Below, one piece after another: positions 8,312-16,761 of a stretch of DNA of 19,395 bases. The stretch comes from a virus (taxonomy: Duplodnaviria > Heunggongvirae > Uroviricota > Caudoviricetes): the IMG/VR virus record IMGVR_UViG_2541047813_000002. The stretch is one strand, 5' to 3'. Below the pieces are notes generated by a model. It was not told the DNA's origin, made no database searches, and saw nothing but the letters and a program-made list of their open reading frames with translations. Positions within the stretch are counted from its first letter, which is position 1. Each line of letters starts with the position of its first letter. The translations under genes and the position numbers were made by a program.

Positions 8312-8766
8312 TCGCTGAATTCCTTATATTGTTGCCGAGTTAACTGATAAAGCGTTACGCCGACGGGTTTACCACATCTGATATAAGCATCATCAAGGTG
8401 ACCAACACGGGTAGCGCCAAGCAAACGGATAATTGCCCGTCCGTATTTGGTGGTGTCAGGAACCATGGTAATGCTGTTAAGGAATGGTGAGTTTTCGAGA
8501 AGCCATTTGCAGAATAATCGATGCCCTTGCAGTGCATATTCACCACGGAATCCGGGGTCGTACACCGCATGGCATTCAACAATGCTATGCCAGAAGTTAC
8601 GCACTTCATGAACGCCAGCCAGCACCAATCCTTCGTAGATACCGAGATATACCGCATCAGGCTTGATGTAGTACGTGTGCCCCGGCTCAACAATATTTTC
8701 GGTATTGCCAGGCTCGTTAAGAAAGGCCTGTAATCGCACAGGGTTATCAATAAATTTTAGTTCCAT
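8305..8766 (-). CDS. Hypothetical protein (153 aa), first large gene of the operon
   Basis: ATG start; ORF; stop overlaps the start of the next gene. Confidence 0.8.
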   Translation of the reverse strand: MELKFIDNPVRLQAFLNEPGNTENIVEPGHTYYIKPDAVYLGIYEGLVLAGVHEVRNFWHSIVECHAVYDPGFRGEYALQGHRLFCKWLLENSPFLNSITMVPDTTKYGRAIIRLLGATRVGHLDDAYIRCGKPVGVTLYQLTRQQYKEFSEC

Positions 8767-8782
8767 GCGATGCCATCCATTT

Positions 8783-8944
8783 TCACATACAGCCTGCCAG
8801 CGCCTTATCTATTAACCCTCGTGCAATTTCATGCAGAGTTGGCGCTACTCCAATTCCTGATTTTTTACGCTGCTCTTCCTGAATTTTCTTTATCGCTTCC
8901 ATTTGCTTCTCACTTATCAATACCGGCTTTACTGAAATAGCCAT
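8783..8944 (-). CDS. Small RHH-like (ribbon-helix-helix) protein, 53 aa, below the ORF-track size cutoff
   Basis: ATG 8944 preceded by AAGGGGG (4-nt spacer). MAISVKPVLISEKQMEAIKKIQEEQRKKSGIGVAPTLHEIARGLIDKALAGCM has a beta-strand-helix-helix pattern. Ends 16 nt before the 153-aa gene. Confidence 0.45.
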   Translation of the reverse strand: MAISVKPVLISEKQMEAIKKIQEEQRKKSGIGVAPTLHEIARGLIDKALAGCM

Positions 8945-9039
8945 AACGCCCCCTTAGAACTGTATAAAACAACAGTTATTATAGTTTCATAAATCGCAAT
9001 ATTCATCATCGTGATTGCAAAATATGAAACAAATAGCAC

Positions 9040-9071
9040 AAAAAAATGCCACCGCTCAGTAGCTGGTGGCA
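9040..9071 (-). terminator. Rho-independent terminator for the primase transcript
   Basis: On the minus strand: TGCCACC-11 nt-GGTGGCA hairpin followed by TTTTTTT (plus-strand A-run 9040-9046). Confidence 0.55.
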
Positions 9072-9265
9072 TCGTTCTGTGTGTCAGGTTTTGACAGGTT
9101 TTTTATGGACTCTAAAAACTATATTTATGGTGTCGCATTACTCTTCACGGAAGGCGCTTTCCAGTTCTGCCCTTGCTTCTGGCTCCATTGGTAATTTGAT
9201 TCGCGATCAGCTATGCGGATGGTTTGCTGAACAGGCATAACAACTTCTCAGGGGCTGTTTTCTGA

Positions 9266-9342
9266 ACTACGAAAATTTCGTAGTGCTCACTTTCAAAAAC
9301 GTCACGCCCTTGTACACAGGATTTTACGAAAGTCTCGTAAAA
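9266..9342. promoter_or_regulatory. Two palindromes sharing TACGAAA half-sites within the origin region
   Basis: ACTACGAAAATTTCGTAGT (9266-9284, perfect 9-bp arms) and TTTTACG-7nt-CGTAAAA (9322-9342). Confidence 0.35.
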
Positions 9343-9392
9343 CACTCTCTGATGCCAGCCAGGTGTTGTGCGCATCAATTCAGTCACATTGT

Positions 9393-9504
9393 GTTGGTTC
9401 AAAATACCGTGTTGTTGGTTCAGTGTTGGTTCAATAAAAAGAATAAAATCCTTATAAAACAACACTCTTTACAAATTGAACCAACTGAACCAACTGAACC
9501 AACG
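9393..9504. repeat. Iteron module B (putative ori): GTTGGTTCA at 9393, 9414, 9425; AT-rich spacer; three contiguous TGAACCAAC at 9478-9504
   Basis: Read directly; lies between the primase stop (9529) and the terminator; reverse complement of module A. Confidence 0.75.
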
Positions 9505-9528
9505 CCTTTTCTACGCACATGAAGAAGC

Positions 9529-12288
9529 TCATTCTTCAGATGAGTTGTAATCTCCTGGCTGGTAATTGAGTACATAAACGTTTATTTGTCGTCCCTGAAT
9601 ACGTGGTGATTTTCTTTGGTATCCACGACCGCTGTTTGGTGGGGTTAGCATCCCGGCTTTTTTCAACACTTCAGCAAACTGTTTTGCGTTGAAACCACAT
9701 GCGATCTCCTTTTCAAATGTGGCCGGGAATGTGTAGAAAATCATTGGGCTTTCGTCATGTTCTCCACGCTGACGGTATCCGGCTAAATCTTTGATGGGCA
9801 AATCTGCCGGGCTGTATGGAAATGGTGCAAAACGGCTAAGCCCATAGGCATTAAGAAATGCCTCCGTTTGTTCAATAATCTGCTGATGTTCTTTGTTACC
9901 TGTGCCGAACTCGCGCAACCATGCGTTATAGCTGTGCTGTATCGCATCACGGCATGTCTGAGCATCCCAGCCTGTTACAACCTCGCCTAACAGCAATGCG
10001 GCCTCCAGAATGGCAAATCGCGCGGCTACACGGTGAACCTGCTCACCATAATCGGATGGGATCAGACTTCTCCATCTGCTTTCGCAGTCACGAACAGTTT
10101 TAATTGCCTGTTGCTGGTGGTCTGCCAGCCATTTAATCCACTCACGCCCGGCTGCGCCGTGGTGATGCTGGTAAGCGTCTTTCAGTGCGTCTGCGTGCTG
10201 TTTTCCGTTCTGGTAATCGTGAAAGCGTACTGCTTTACTCAACGGAATATTCAGCAGTCGCACCAGTTGTCCGGCTTTGGTTTTTCGCCCGGAAGTAGCG
10301 ATAAATGTTTCTAAATCCATTTCTCCGGTGCTGATTGCCACTGTACGCCAGCGTTTTAGATCCCGGTTTCCACCATCTTTAGCGCCTTGCAGTTTCCCTA
10401 CACCGTTAAATAACGCATAGGCAGACTGTGAAACACTGACAGGATCAGCGCCCTGACCAACTTCATCAAGCGGCATTAGTCCGTCATTGTGGGCGGCGGC
10501 TTCATTTGCCAGCCCCAGCGCGGTTCCGTACCACGTCAGCCGCAGTAAATCAGGGTTGCCGTATAAGCTGCTCGCCACGTTTGCCGTGGTGGTCTTACCT
10601 GCGCTCGACTGCTCATAGAAATGAATGCCGAACCCGTCAGCGCCCACCAGCCCAATCAATGGCGCTGCCAGTGCTGCGCCGATCCCGGTCATCATTGAAT
10701 AGTTACCAAAGGCCAGACGCGCCACGTTATCACGCCAGCTTTTCGCGCTCCCTGAGACGGTATATCCGGCTGCGGCTGAGCTTCTCCCGCTGAACAGCAC
10801 AGGATTTTCAGGTGTTCCGATGATTTCCCCATCAGGCATGATGTACGCTCCGCATTGCCAGCCAGTGGCATGAGCAACACGCCACAATTCACGAGAGCCA
10901 CTGCGTTGTAGCCAGTCTGCCAGTATTGCTCTGAGGCTGCTTTTGGTCGTGACATTTACCCCACCAGCTTTAAGTGTGCGCCATCCTTCACGTTCACCAA
11001 TATCAGCCAGTGGAATGGCAGCGGTTGTCGGCGTTTCAGAACCAAACGACAGCCAGCGAAGAATGAGATACTGGTCTTTATCGTCTCTGCCAGTACCGAT
11101 AACGCTTAACGGCGAACATAACCAGCTTTCGTTATTGATGATTTCTCCACTCTGGCTGTCAGCTCTCGGAGATACCCAATAAATACCATCCTCTCGGCTT
11201 TCTATTCTTGGTTTCAGTGGGTCGGTATCCATAACCTTAAAATCGCTTCCCTCAATGGTCTGTGGCTCCTGTTTCACGCCATTACCCTGTGGTTGGTACA
11301 TTGACTTATTGAACGTTTCTGTGGCGCATTTAATGCCGTGTTTTTGGTGGTAATCATTCCAGTCTGCTTTGTGATCTGTCGGGGGTAATGCCACCCATCC
11401 AGAAACAGATAAAGCTGCTTTTTCTGCTGCTATTCTCCCCGTGTTTTGTCTTCCTTCGCTGTGGTCGTTATCCGCAGCAATGATGATTTGTGCTGAAGGA
11501 TATTTATCCCGCAGTACCTGGGCGACATATAACAGGTTCCCGGCATCAATCGCCGCCACTGTCAGCGCCTCTGGACGAATTAAATGGGCAGATAATGCCG
11601 TTGCCAGCCCTTCTGCGATTAAGATGCTCTGTGTTGTTTCTGGTGCGTTTATGGCGTGATATGCTCCCCGTTTTGCTGAACCTGTCAGGAGTCTTTTTTC
11701 ACCATGTGAGGTAATAGTCTGTGCTGCTGTGACTGCGCCGGATTTATCCACCAGCGCCAGCAACAGAGATCCATCGGGCAACACGGGGAATGTAAAATCA
11801 CCTACCCCTTTCGCAACCAGATAATCAGATTTACCGTTTACAGCCTTTCTGCGCATGTCATCAAACTGACGGGAAAACGTATCCCGTCTTTGTTGTTCGT
11901 CCTTCTCTGCCCTTTTCAGGCGCTCCTGTTCGCGTCGCTGGCGCTCGGTTTCCAGTTGTTCCCGTTTCTGGCTGGTGGCTTCTGGTGTTTCCGTTGTCCG
12001 GTAATCAATACCCAGAACATCAGCGGCAAGAAGCGCCGCCTCTGTTGTGTCGCAGTTATTTACGCGTTTAATTAAATCCAGCCCATCACCAGCGCCGCAC
12101 TGATTACAGATGAAGCTACCGCGCCCGTTGTCATCGAACCGGAATCGATCTTTGCCCCCACATGCAGGGCAGGGAGCATGACGGCGCGGAGAGTCAGGGA
12201 CATTTATGTTCAGGCAGCCCAGCACATGAGGCCAGTTGTTTTCAGACGCACTGATAACCTGACGGATAAGATCAATGTTTCGCATCAC
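9529..12288 (-). CDS. Primase with zinc-ribbon and Toprim domains plus a P-loop NTPase-like domain (P4 alpha-like); probable start ATG at 12285
   Basis: CPACGGKDRFRF...FICNQCG zinc ribbon; Toprim acidic motif IIIAADNDH; P-loop-like SSAGKTT; 919-aa ORF. Confidence 0.95.
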   Translation of the reverse strand: MMRNIDLIRQVISASENNWPHVLGCLNINVPDSPRRHAPCPACGGKDRFRFDDNGRGSFICNQCGAGDGLDLIKRVNNCDTTEAALLAADVLGIDYRTTETPEATSQKREQLETERQRREQERLKRAEKDEQQRRDTFSRQFDDMRRKAVNGKSDYLVAKGVGDFTFPVLPDGSLLLALVDKSGAVTAAQTITSHGEKRLLTGSAKRGAYHAINAPETTQSILIAEGLATALSAHLIRPEALTVAAIDAGNLLYVAQVLRDKYPSAQIIIAADNDHSEGRQNTGRIAAEKAALSVSGWVALPPTDHKADWNDYHQKHGIKCATETFNKSMYQPQGNGVKQEPQTIEGSDFKVMDTDPLKPRIESREDGIYWVSPRADSQSGEIINNESWLCSPLSVIGTGRDDKDQYLILRWLSFGSETPTTAAIPLADIGEREGWRTLKAGGVNVTTKSSLRAILADWLQRSGSRELWRVAHATGWQCGAYIMPDGEIIGTPENPVLFSGRSSAAAGYTVSGSAKSWRDNVARLAFGNYSMMTGIGAALAAPLIGLVGADGFGIHFYEQSSAGKTTTANVASSLYGNPDLLRLTWYGTALGLANEAAAHNDGLMPLDEVGQGADPVSVSQSAYALFNGVGKLQGAKDGGNRDLKRWRTVAISTGEMDLETFIATSGRKTKAGQLVRLLNIPLSKAVRFHDYQNGKQHADALKDAYQHHHGAAGREWIKWLADHQQQAIKTVRDCESRWRSLIPSDYGEQVHRVAARFAILEAALLLGEVVTGWDAQTCRDAIQHSYNAWLREFGTGNKEHQQIIEQTEAFLNAYGLSRFAPFPYSPADLPIKDLAGYRQRGEHDESPMIFYTFPATFEKEIACGFNAKQFAEVLKKAGMLTPPNSGRGYQRKSPRIQGRQINVYVLNYQPGDYNSSEE

Positions 12289-12643
12289 CGTACCCCACGT
12301 GGTCTATAGCGTTTGCGATATGGCTAACCAGCATCTGCCACTTGGTTATTCCGTAATCAGTCAGCATGCCATCATTGTTTAGCCACATATCAAATTCAGC
12401 GGTTGTCGCAAGTTTCCACTTATCGCCGTGGACAGTCCTCATTGCTGGGTACATGAATGCGCAAATCAGATCACAAACATCTGACGGCTTCAGAGATGTA
12501 GTAATGGTGCGTCCCTCTGGCGTCTGAATTGCCATTTTCTCTTCACCAGTAGAATGAAGGTTATGAATCCACACAGCGCCAGCAATCTTTGCCACCTGCT
12601 CTCCGATTGCGGAGCTAAGCGCCATTTCTGCATTTTCACGCAT
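12272..12643 (-). CDS. Hypothetical protein (123 aa); paralog of the upstream 113-aa gene
   Basis: GGGAGG sits 6 nt upstream of ATG 12643; start overlaps upstream stop (ATGCGTGA). Shares NDGMLTDYGITKWQML with KDGLTDVGREIWQSM in the neighbour. Confidence 0.75.
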   Translation of the reverse strand: MRENAEMALSSAIGEQVAKIAGAVWIHNLHSTGEEKMAIQTPEGRTITTSLKPSDVCDLICAFMYPAMRTVHGDKWKLATTAEFDMWLNNDGMLTDYGITKWQMLVSHIANAIDHVGYGDAKH

Positions 12644-12977
12644 GAGAACCTCCCGCTACAGTTGCGCCCATGTCATTAACCATGCTTTGCCATATCTCAC
12701 GCCCGACGTCAGTCAATCCGTCCTTAGTGACGCAACGATCAAGAAGCTCTATCCCCACGGTTTCCCACTGCGGGTAGAACACTTTCATGGCTGCCAGTGT
12801 GTAGCTATCGATCAGGCTGCGAACGCCTTTTACTCCATTGACGATTTCCACACGGACGGCCTCGCCGTCCGCATCAACCATGAAATAGTCCCCGCCGCTG
12901 GTGGAGGTAATGTGGTTATACAGTGCCGACGCATACTTATTTGCCAGCGCATTTAGTCGGAAATTTTTAGTAATCAT
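12636..12977 (-). CDS. Hypothetical protein (113 aa); paralog of the 123-aa gene
   Basis: ATG 12977; ORF; shared motif with the downstream gene. Confidence 0.75.
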   Translation of the reverse strand: MITKNFRLNALANKYASALYNHITSTSGGDYFMVDADGEAVRVEIVNGVKGVRSLIDSYTLAAMKVFYPQWETVGIELLDRCVTKDGLTDVGREIWQSMVNDMGATVAGGSHA

Positions 12978-12987
12978 GGCTCCATCC

Positions 12988-13590
12988 TCAGTGCGTCACT
13001 GGTTCCGCTGGCATGCCGTTTTCATTCAGTTCAGCTATAAAGCTGTTGTGAAGTTCAGCAAGCGTTTCACGACCAAATGGAGTCAGTGCTCCTTGTTCCA
13101 CATCCATCATGGCTCTGTAGAAAATGATGGCGCGTTCTGTGCCAGACTCGATGCCAAAACGTTCTATCATCGCGCCCTCAATGTTGTTTGCCATAGCGAG
13201 GCGCTCTGCTACTGGATACAGCGGCATGGCGACGATGCCGTTGGAATAAACAGCCACTTCGGAAGGATTGCCAGTATCATCAATGATGCTGACAGTGCCG
13301 TTTTCCTCTCTCATTTCCAGCATGAATACTGTTGCGATCAGCCATCTCCACATAATGACGTTATGCTGTGATGTGTAATCGAAATATCCCTGGTTGCCGC
13401 CATCGGCAATAGCGAGATGTATTGACATACCTTCATCTGGTTTATCGTCATAATCCCCGGCATCCAGACGATTTACGGCATCAATATATGAGACGGCCTC
13501 AACGCGTTCTGTCATGCCATCGTTGCTGCGGTACATGATGTTTACGCCGTCAGGCGTTGCTTCTGCATGGAAAGTTAAGAAATTATTCAT
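12988..13590 (-). CDS. Hypothetical protein (200 aa); start reassigned to ATG 13590
   Basis: GAGG RBS, and ATGAATAA overlap with the stop of the upstream 73-aa gene. The ORF-track extension to 13695 overlaps that gene out of frame. Confidence 0.7.
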   Translation of the reverse strand: MNNFLTFHAEATPDGVNIMYRSNDGMTERVEAVSYIDAVNRLDAGDYDDKPDEGMSIHLAIADGGNQGYFDYTSQHNVIMWRWLIATVFMLEMREENGTVSIIDDTGNPSEVAVYSNGIVAMPLYPVAERLAMANNIEGAMIERFGIESGTERAIIFYRAMMDVEQGALTPFGRETLAELHNSFIAELNENGMPAEPVTH

Positions 13591-13804
13591 GTTTCGCCTC
13601 GCCTGAATGATTCTGTAACTCATATTTGCCCAACAATTCGTCCGCTTCCTGAATAGCTTCTGGTACGCCATTGAGCAGTGACATAACCGCGCCAATCATT
13701 AACTTGTCTCTGTTGCTGGGGCTGGCCCCTTCAAGCCAGAACCCTAAAACAGTCTGAACCTGTTCGATGCGACATTGCGCTTCAATGAGCTGGATGTTGG
13801 TCAT
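13583..13804 (-). CDS. Hypothetical small protein (73 aa)
   Basis: ATGA overlap with upstream gene; part of the coupled operon. Confidence 0.65.
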   Translation of the reverse strand: MTNIQLIEAQCRIEQVQTVLGFWLEGASPSNRDKLMIGAVMSLLNGVPEAIQEADELLGKYELQNHSGEAKHE

Positions 13805-14064
13805 TTCGCACTCTCCACATCGATTAAACCGATATCTATCAGGGAGGTAACTTTTTGTAGCCAGCTATTGATTACTGTCGCCTGTTCCCCTCCCACCGAG
13901 GGAACAATCTCATTCATCACATGAACCAGACCTGTGCGCGCTCTGGTAAGCCGTTCAGTCGCGCAATCTGCGGGAGTGAATGTGTCTGGATATGGCTCTT
14001 CGCGCCCCAGCAATGATTCAATTTCCAGCTCACACGGATGACGATAAATTAAGTTGATATTCAT
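13801..14064 (-). CDS. Hypothetical small protein (87 aa)
   Basis: ATGA overlap with upstream gene; part of the coupled operon. Confidence 0.65.
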   Translation of the reverse strand: MNINLIYRHPCELEIESLLGREEPYPDTFTPADCATERLTRARTGLVHVMNEIVPSVGGEQATVINSWLQKVTSLIDIGLIDVESAK

Positions 14065-14255
14065 TTTTCACCCCCAAGAATTACCAGCTCTGCACGGGCA
14101 TCGTTAACCAAAGATGAGCACGCTTTAATCGCATCCACGACATCAGCAGCGTCCATTTCTTCAGCCGAAAGACTGACAGCAACCAGGACAGCCGCTGCTT
14201 GCTCGATTAATTGAAGTGCGGACGTAAGGCGAGGGGTATTAATTGAGTTATTCAT
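14061..14255 (-). CDS. Hypothetical small protein (64 aa; [10 protein letters not shown]...)
   Basis: ATG 14255 with GGGGG upstream; ATGAATAA overlap with the stop at 14248-14250. Confidence 0.6.
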   Translation of the reverse strand: MNNSINTPRLTSALQLIEQAAAVLVAVSLSAEEMDAADVVDAIKACSSLVNDARAELVILGGEK

Positions 14256-14466
14256 TGGTTGCCCCCGTTTTTCCTGGCATTTCGCCACCTTCCAGCAGGA
14301 AATGAACGTCGCGAACGGCGAGGTCCAATATCGCGAGTAACGCCTTCAGTCTTTCGTCTCGTGAGGGAGAGTTGCTCACCAGAATGTCGTTAATCACTTC
14401 TGTCAGTGTGATGATCTGGCTTGTGCGTTCGAGGGGGTCCATATGCACATCGTAGGTTTTAATCAT
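14248..14466 (-). CDS. Hypothetical small protein (72 aa; [17 protein letters not shown]...)
   Basis: GGAGGTGG sits 6 nt upstream of ATG 14466; ATGATTAA overlap with the stop of another frame. In-frame with the long ORF 14248-15315. Confidence 0.5.
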   Translation of the reverse strand: MIKTYDVHMDPLERTSQIITLTEVINDILVSNSPSRDERLKALLAILDLAVRDVHFLLEGGEMPGKTGATNE

Positions 14467-15315
14467 GTGCCACCTCCATGCGGATACGACCAGCAAAAAA
14501 GCAGACGTGATCGCGCACCAGAGAACGGCGAGCATCGCGTTCAGACTCGGCAGCAATATGATGAATTTTGGCGGTAATTGTCGGGCAATCGCGGCGAACT
14601 GCGGCGATAATCCAGATAAATTGCGTTTTTTGGGTAGGGGTAGTAGCCAGCATGTGGCAGCCTCCTTGTACTGGGAATTCTTCCCACCACCGGAGCTGCG
14701 AAACTCGCTGGTGGTGGACTGAACAGAGTTCGCAGTACCGGCGTACAAGGAAACCGGCCAGCCTTTCGGCTGCCCTGTCCAGCCCACCATAATTTTGCAA
14801 GCGACGCGGATTATAACCACATCACTGAAAAAAGTGTGAGTCTGGCTAACGGCACAAAAAAAGACGCTCGGCGCGTCATGTGTCGCCTCGTACATTTCCG
14901 GGCTGCGAAACCCGGCACCCGTTTTATGAGGTGCCTTATAACCATAAACCGTGTTGCCGCATAACGGCAAGCTCTTTTTTATGGACTCCGAAAACTCACT
15001 ATTGGAAGAACCAGAAGCACAGTACATCGTGCTCATTTCGTTAACGTCACGCGCGTGGACGAATGTTTTTGTGGAGTCACTACACGAGCGGAAGACATCA
15101 TCTACGACCAGAAATTTTCTGGCGCAGCCGCTGACCTTCTCAATGCTAATATCATCGCCCGAGATTTCTGGTATGGTTAAGGCATCCGTTCCGACCACCA
15201 GCAAATGATAAACTTTGCTTGTATCTGCTGTATTAATGCCTGACTTTGCCGTCATATTGCTGGATTTTGGCGACATGCCAGCCAGTGAAAATGTCTTCTT
15301 CTGGACGGTTAGCAT
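14248..15315 (-). CDS. Long ORF (355 codons) anchored by a well-supported start at 15315; the 3' extent is doubtful and it may be chimeric. The N-terminal ~150 codons are protein-like.
   Basis: GGAGGTT sits 6 nt upstream of ATG 15315, which overlaps the upstream stop (ATGCTAA). The distal half is W/P/C-rich and overlaps two RBS-supported small ORFs. Confidence 0.4.
   Translation of the reverse strand: MLTVQKKTFSLAGMSPKSSNMTAKSGINTADTSKVYHLLVVGTDALTIPEISGDDISIEKVSGCARKFLVVDDVFRSCSDSTKTFVHARDVNEMSTMYCASGSSNSEFSESIKKSLPLCGNTVYGYKAPHKTGAGFRSPEMYEATHDAPSVFFCAVSQTHTFFSDVVIIRVACKIMVGWTGQPKGWPVSLYAGTANSVQSTTSEFRSSGGGKNSQYKEAATCWLLPLPKKRNLSGLSPQFAAIARQLPPKFIILLPSLNAMLAVLWCAITSAFLLVVSAWRWHMIKTYDVHMDPLERTSQIITLTEVINDILVSNSPSRDERLKALLAILDLAVRDVHFLLEGGEMPGKTGATNE
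14459..14653 (-). CDS. Possible small protein (64 aa; [11 protein letters not shown]...), or part of a structured non-coding region
   Basis: AAGGAGG sits 7 nt upstream of ATG 14653; stop coupled to the next start. The region also has open frames on several other strands and frames and nested inverted repeats. Confidence 0.35.
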   Translation of the reverse strand: MLATTPTQKTQFIWIIAAVRRDCPTITAKIHHIAAESERDARRSLVRDHVCFFAGRIRMEVAHD

Positions 15316-15491
15316 TTGTTAACCTCCGCGAACTCCTTCATGAAACGTGCCAGCGGTTGTACGCATGGCGATTGATACCCGTCGCGATAAAACGTCACTC
15401 GGTTGTGAGACACGCTTTCGACAGTAACGAGTGCTCCGTGGGCATCTTTGTAGCGTTTTTGTGGTTGTGGTGTTCCTGTTGGCTTAGACAT
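15309..15491 (-). CDS. Hypothetical small protein (60 aa; MSKPTGTPQPQKRYKDAHG...)
   Basis: GGAGGTGG sits 5 nt upstream of ATG 15491, which overlaps the stop of the Rha gene. The longer 89-codon ORF would overlap Rha by 95 nt. Confidence 0.55.
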   Translation of the reverse strand: MSKPTGTPQPQKRYKDAHGALVTVESVSHNRVTFYRDGYQSPCVQPLARFMKEFAEVNKC

Positions 15492-16317
15492 TGACCACCT
15501 CCAGACGCTTGGCGAGCCAGCGTTGCGACAGGCGGGTGAGTTCTCCTTTACGCTGCTCATATTCCATGCCCATATCAATTAACGTGATATTGGTGCTTTC
15601 GAGATATGAGAGGTGCTCAAGCTGTTCTGCGTTCATATGGTCGCGAGGTTCGCCAGAATAGCCATTTATCCGCGCCCACTGCTTAGCAGTTAGCCCACCA
15701 AGAACGATACGAGAAATCATATTGCTCTCGTTTGTGTAGTGGTGTTGCTGCGTCGTTTTCCCCTGCTCGGCACGGGCCATATTCAGCGCATCGCACATTG
15801 GCTTAAAGTTGTTTGCGGCACTGATACGGGCTTTTAGCTGGCGACGATAGCGGGCGGCGATTTCAGGCACGCTACGCTGTAATTCTTCCTCGCACTGGAT
15901 GAAATAACGGCGGATAGCGCGACCCTGATCATTGCGTTCGATCATTGCCAGTTCTTTCGCCATTCCGACACTTAACAGATAGTCTTTGCCGGGTCTGCCA
16001 GACTGCTTAATCTTGCTGTAAGCCGCGCCATTCGGGCTTTTCCCCAAATTTGGGGAAATTGTTTTATGGACTGAGTAATCGTGCCCAATGGTGAAGTCAT
16101 ATTCAGAGATGCGATCAGTGATCCATGTAGAGAAGTCTTTTCCCACGCCCAACGCTTTGTGTAACGCTTTTGCGCTAACAATATTGGTTTCACGCCCACC
16201 GATATGACCAGGAATAACCGGGACAATTGCGGCAAATTCATTACCGTTAATTGTGCCCAGAGAGGCGTTCAGATGAGGGGCAGCCTCAGAAATTAATCTG
16301 CTTTTTTCGATGTTCAT
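15484..16317 (-). CDS. Phage antirepressor-family protein (Rha-like N-terminal domain plus KilA-C/ANT-like C-terminal domain), 277 aa
   Basis: GGAGA RBS; motifs DYLLSVGMAKELAMIERNDQGRAIRRYFIQCEEEL and an N-terminal Rha-like segment. Confidence 0.85.
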   Translation of the reverse strand: MNIEKSRLISEAAPHLNASLGTINGNEFAAIVPVIPGHIGGRETNIVSAKALHKALGVGKDFSTWITDRISEYDFTIGHDYSVHKTISPNLGKSPNGAAYSKIKQSGRPGKDYLLSVGMAKELAMIERNDQGRAIRRYFIQCEEELQRSVPEIAARYRRQLKARISAANNFKPMCDALNMARAEQGKTTQQHHYTNESNMISRIVLGGLTAKQWARINGYSGEPRDHMNAEQLEHLSYLESTNITLIDMGMEYEQRKGELTRLSQRWLAKRLEVVNV

Positions 16318-16329
16318 TTTCAGTCTCCG

Positions 16330-16761
16330 TTAGGCGGCGTTAAACGCGTCCGGGTAGAGTTTCAGAATGTCGGCAATTTCCTGCTGAGAAAGTCCGTTGT
16401 GATCATTTATGTTCGCAAGATGGTTAACATGAGTGATCACTTTCAGAACATCACCACGGCAGGAGAAACGGTAGCGAAGGTGTGTTCCGATACCATCAGG
16501 ATTCTTTTCGTCGATACGCTCCAGAGTGATTCCAAGCTGGCGTTCTAACTCTGTTGCATAGTTACGACCAGAAGACAGACGGCAGTAGCGAAGAATGTCA
16601 TTTTCTGTCCATCCCTCTATACCAGTACGCAGCATATAGACTCGGGCGCGATGCTTTTTCGGTGTGCGCTTTGGTGCTTGAAGGGATTTTGTCAGGGGCG
16701 TAACATCAGATACGCGAATATCTGAATTAGCCGCCTGTAATGGGCGGTTTTTCTTATTCAT
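16330..16761 (-). CDS. Hypothetical basic protein (143 aa) coupled to alpA
   Basis: TAATG overlap with the alpA stop; ORF. Confidence 0.75.
   Translation of the reverse strand: MNKKNRPLQAANSDIRVSDVTPLTKSLQAPKRTPKKHRARVYMLRTGIEGWTENDILRYCRLSSGRNYATELERQLGITLERIDEKNPDGIGTHLRYRFSCRGDVLKVITHVNHLANINDHNGLSQQEIADILKLYPDAFNAA

Noticed and set aside
9046-9522. ORFs 9046-9240 (+), 9211-9465 (-) and 9283-9522 (+)
   Set aside because: They cover the terminator hairpin, the palindromes and the iterons; this region is better explained as an origin and regulatory region.
13588-13606. Partial match to the P2/P4 cos sequence (GGCGAGGCG on the minus strand)
   Set aside because: Only 9 of 19 nt match, and the match coincides with the RBS region of the 200-aa gene; no credible cos site.
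12988-13695. Full 235-codon ORF as given in the track
   Set aside because: The N-terminal 35 codons overlap the upstream 73-aa gene out of frame; an internal ATG at 13590 has an RBS and ATGAATAA coupling, so the shorter gene is preferred.
14951-15208. Plus-strand 85-aa ORF (also 15246-15494, 14465-14722, 14568-14792)
   Set aside because: Antisense to RBS-supported minus-strand genes or to the structured region; no start signals.
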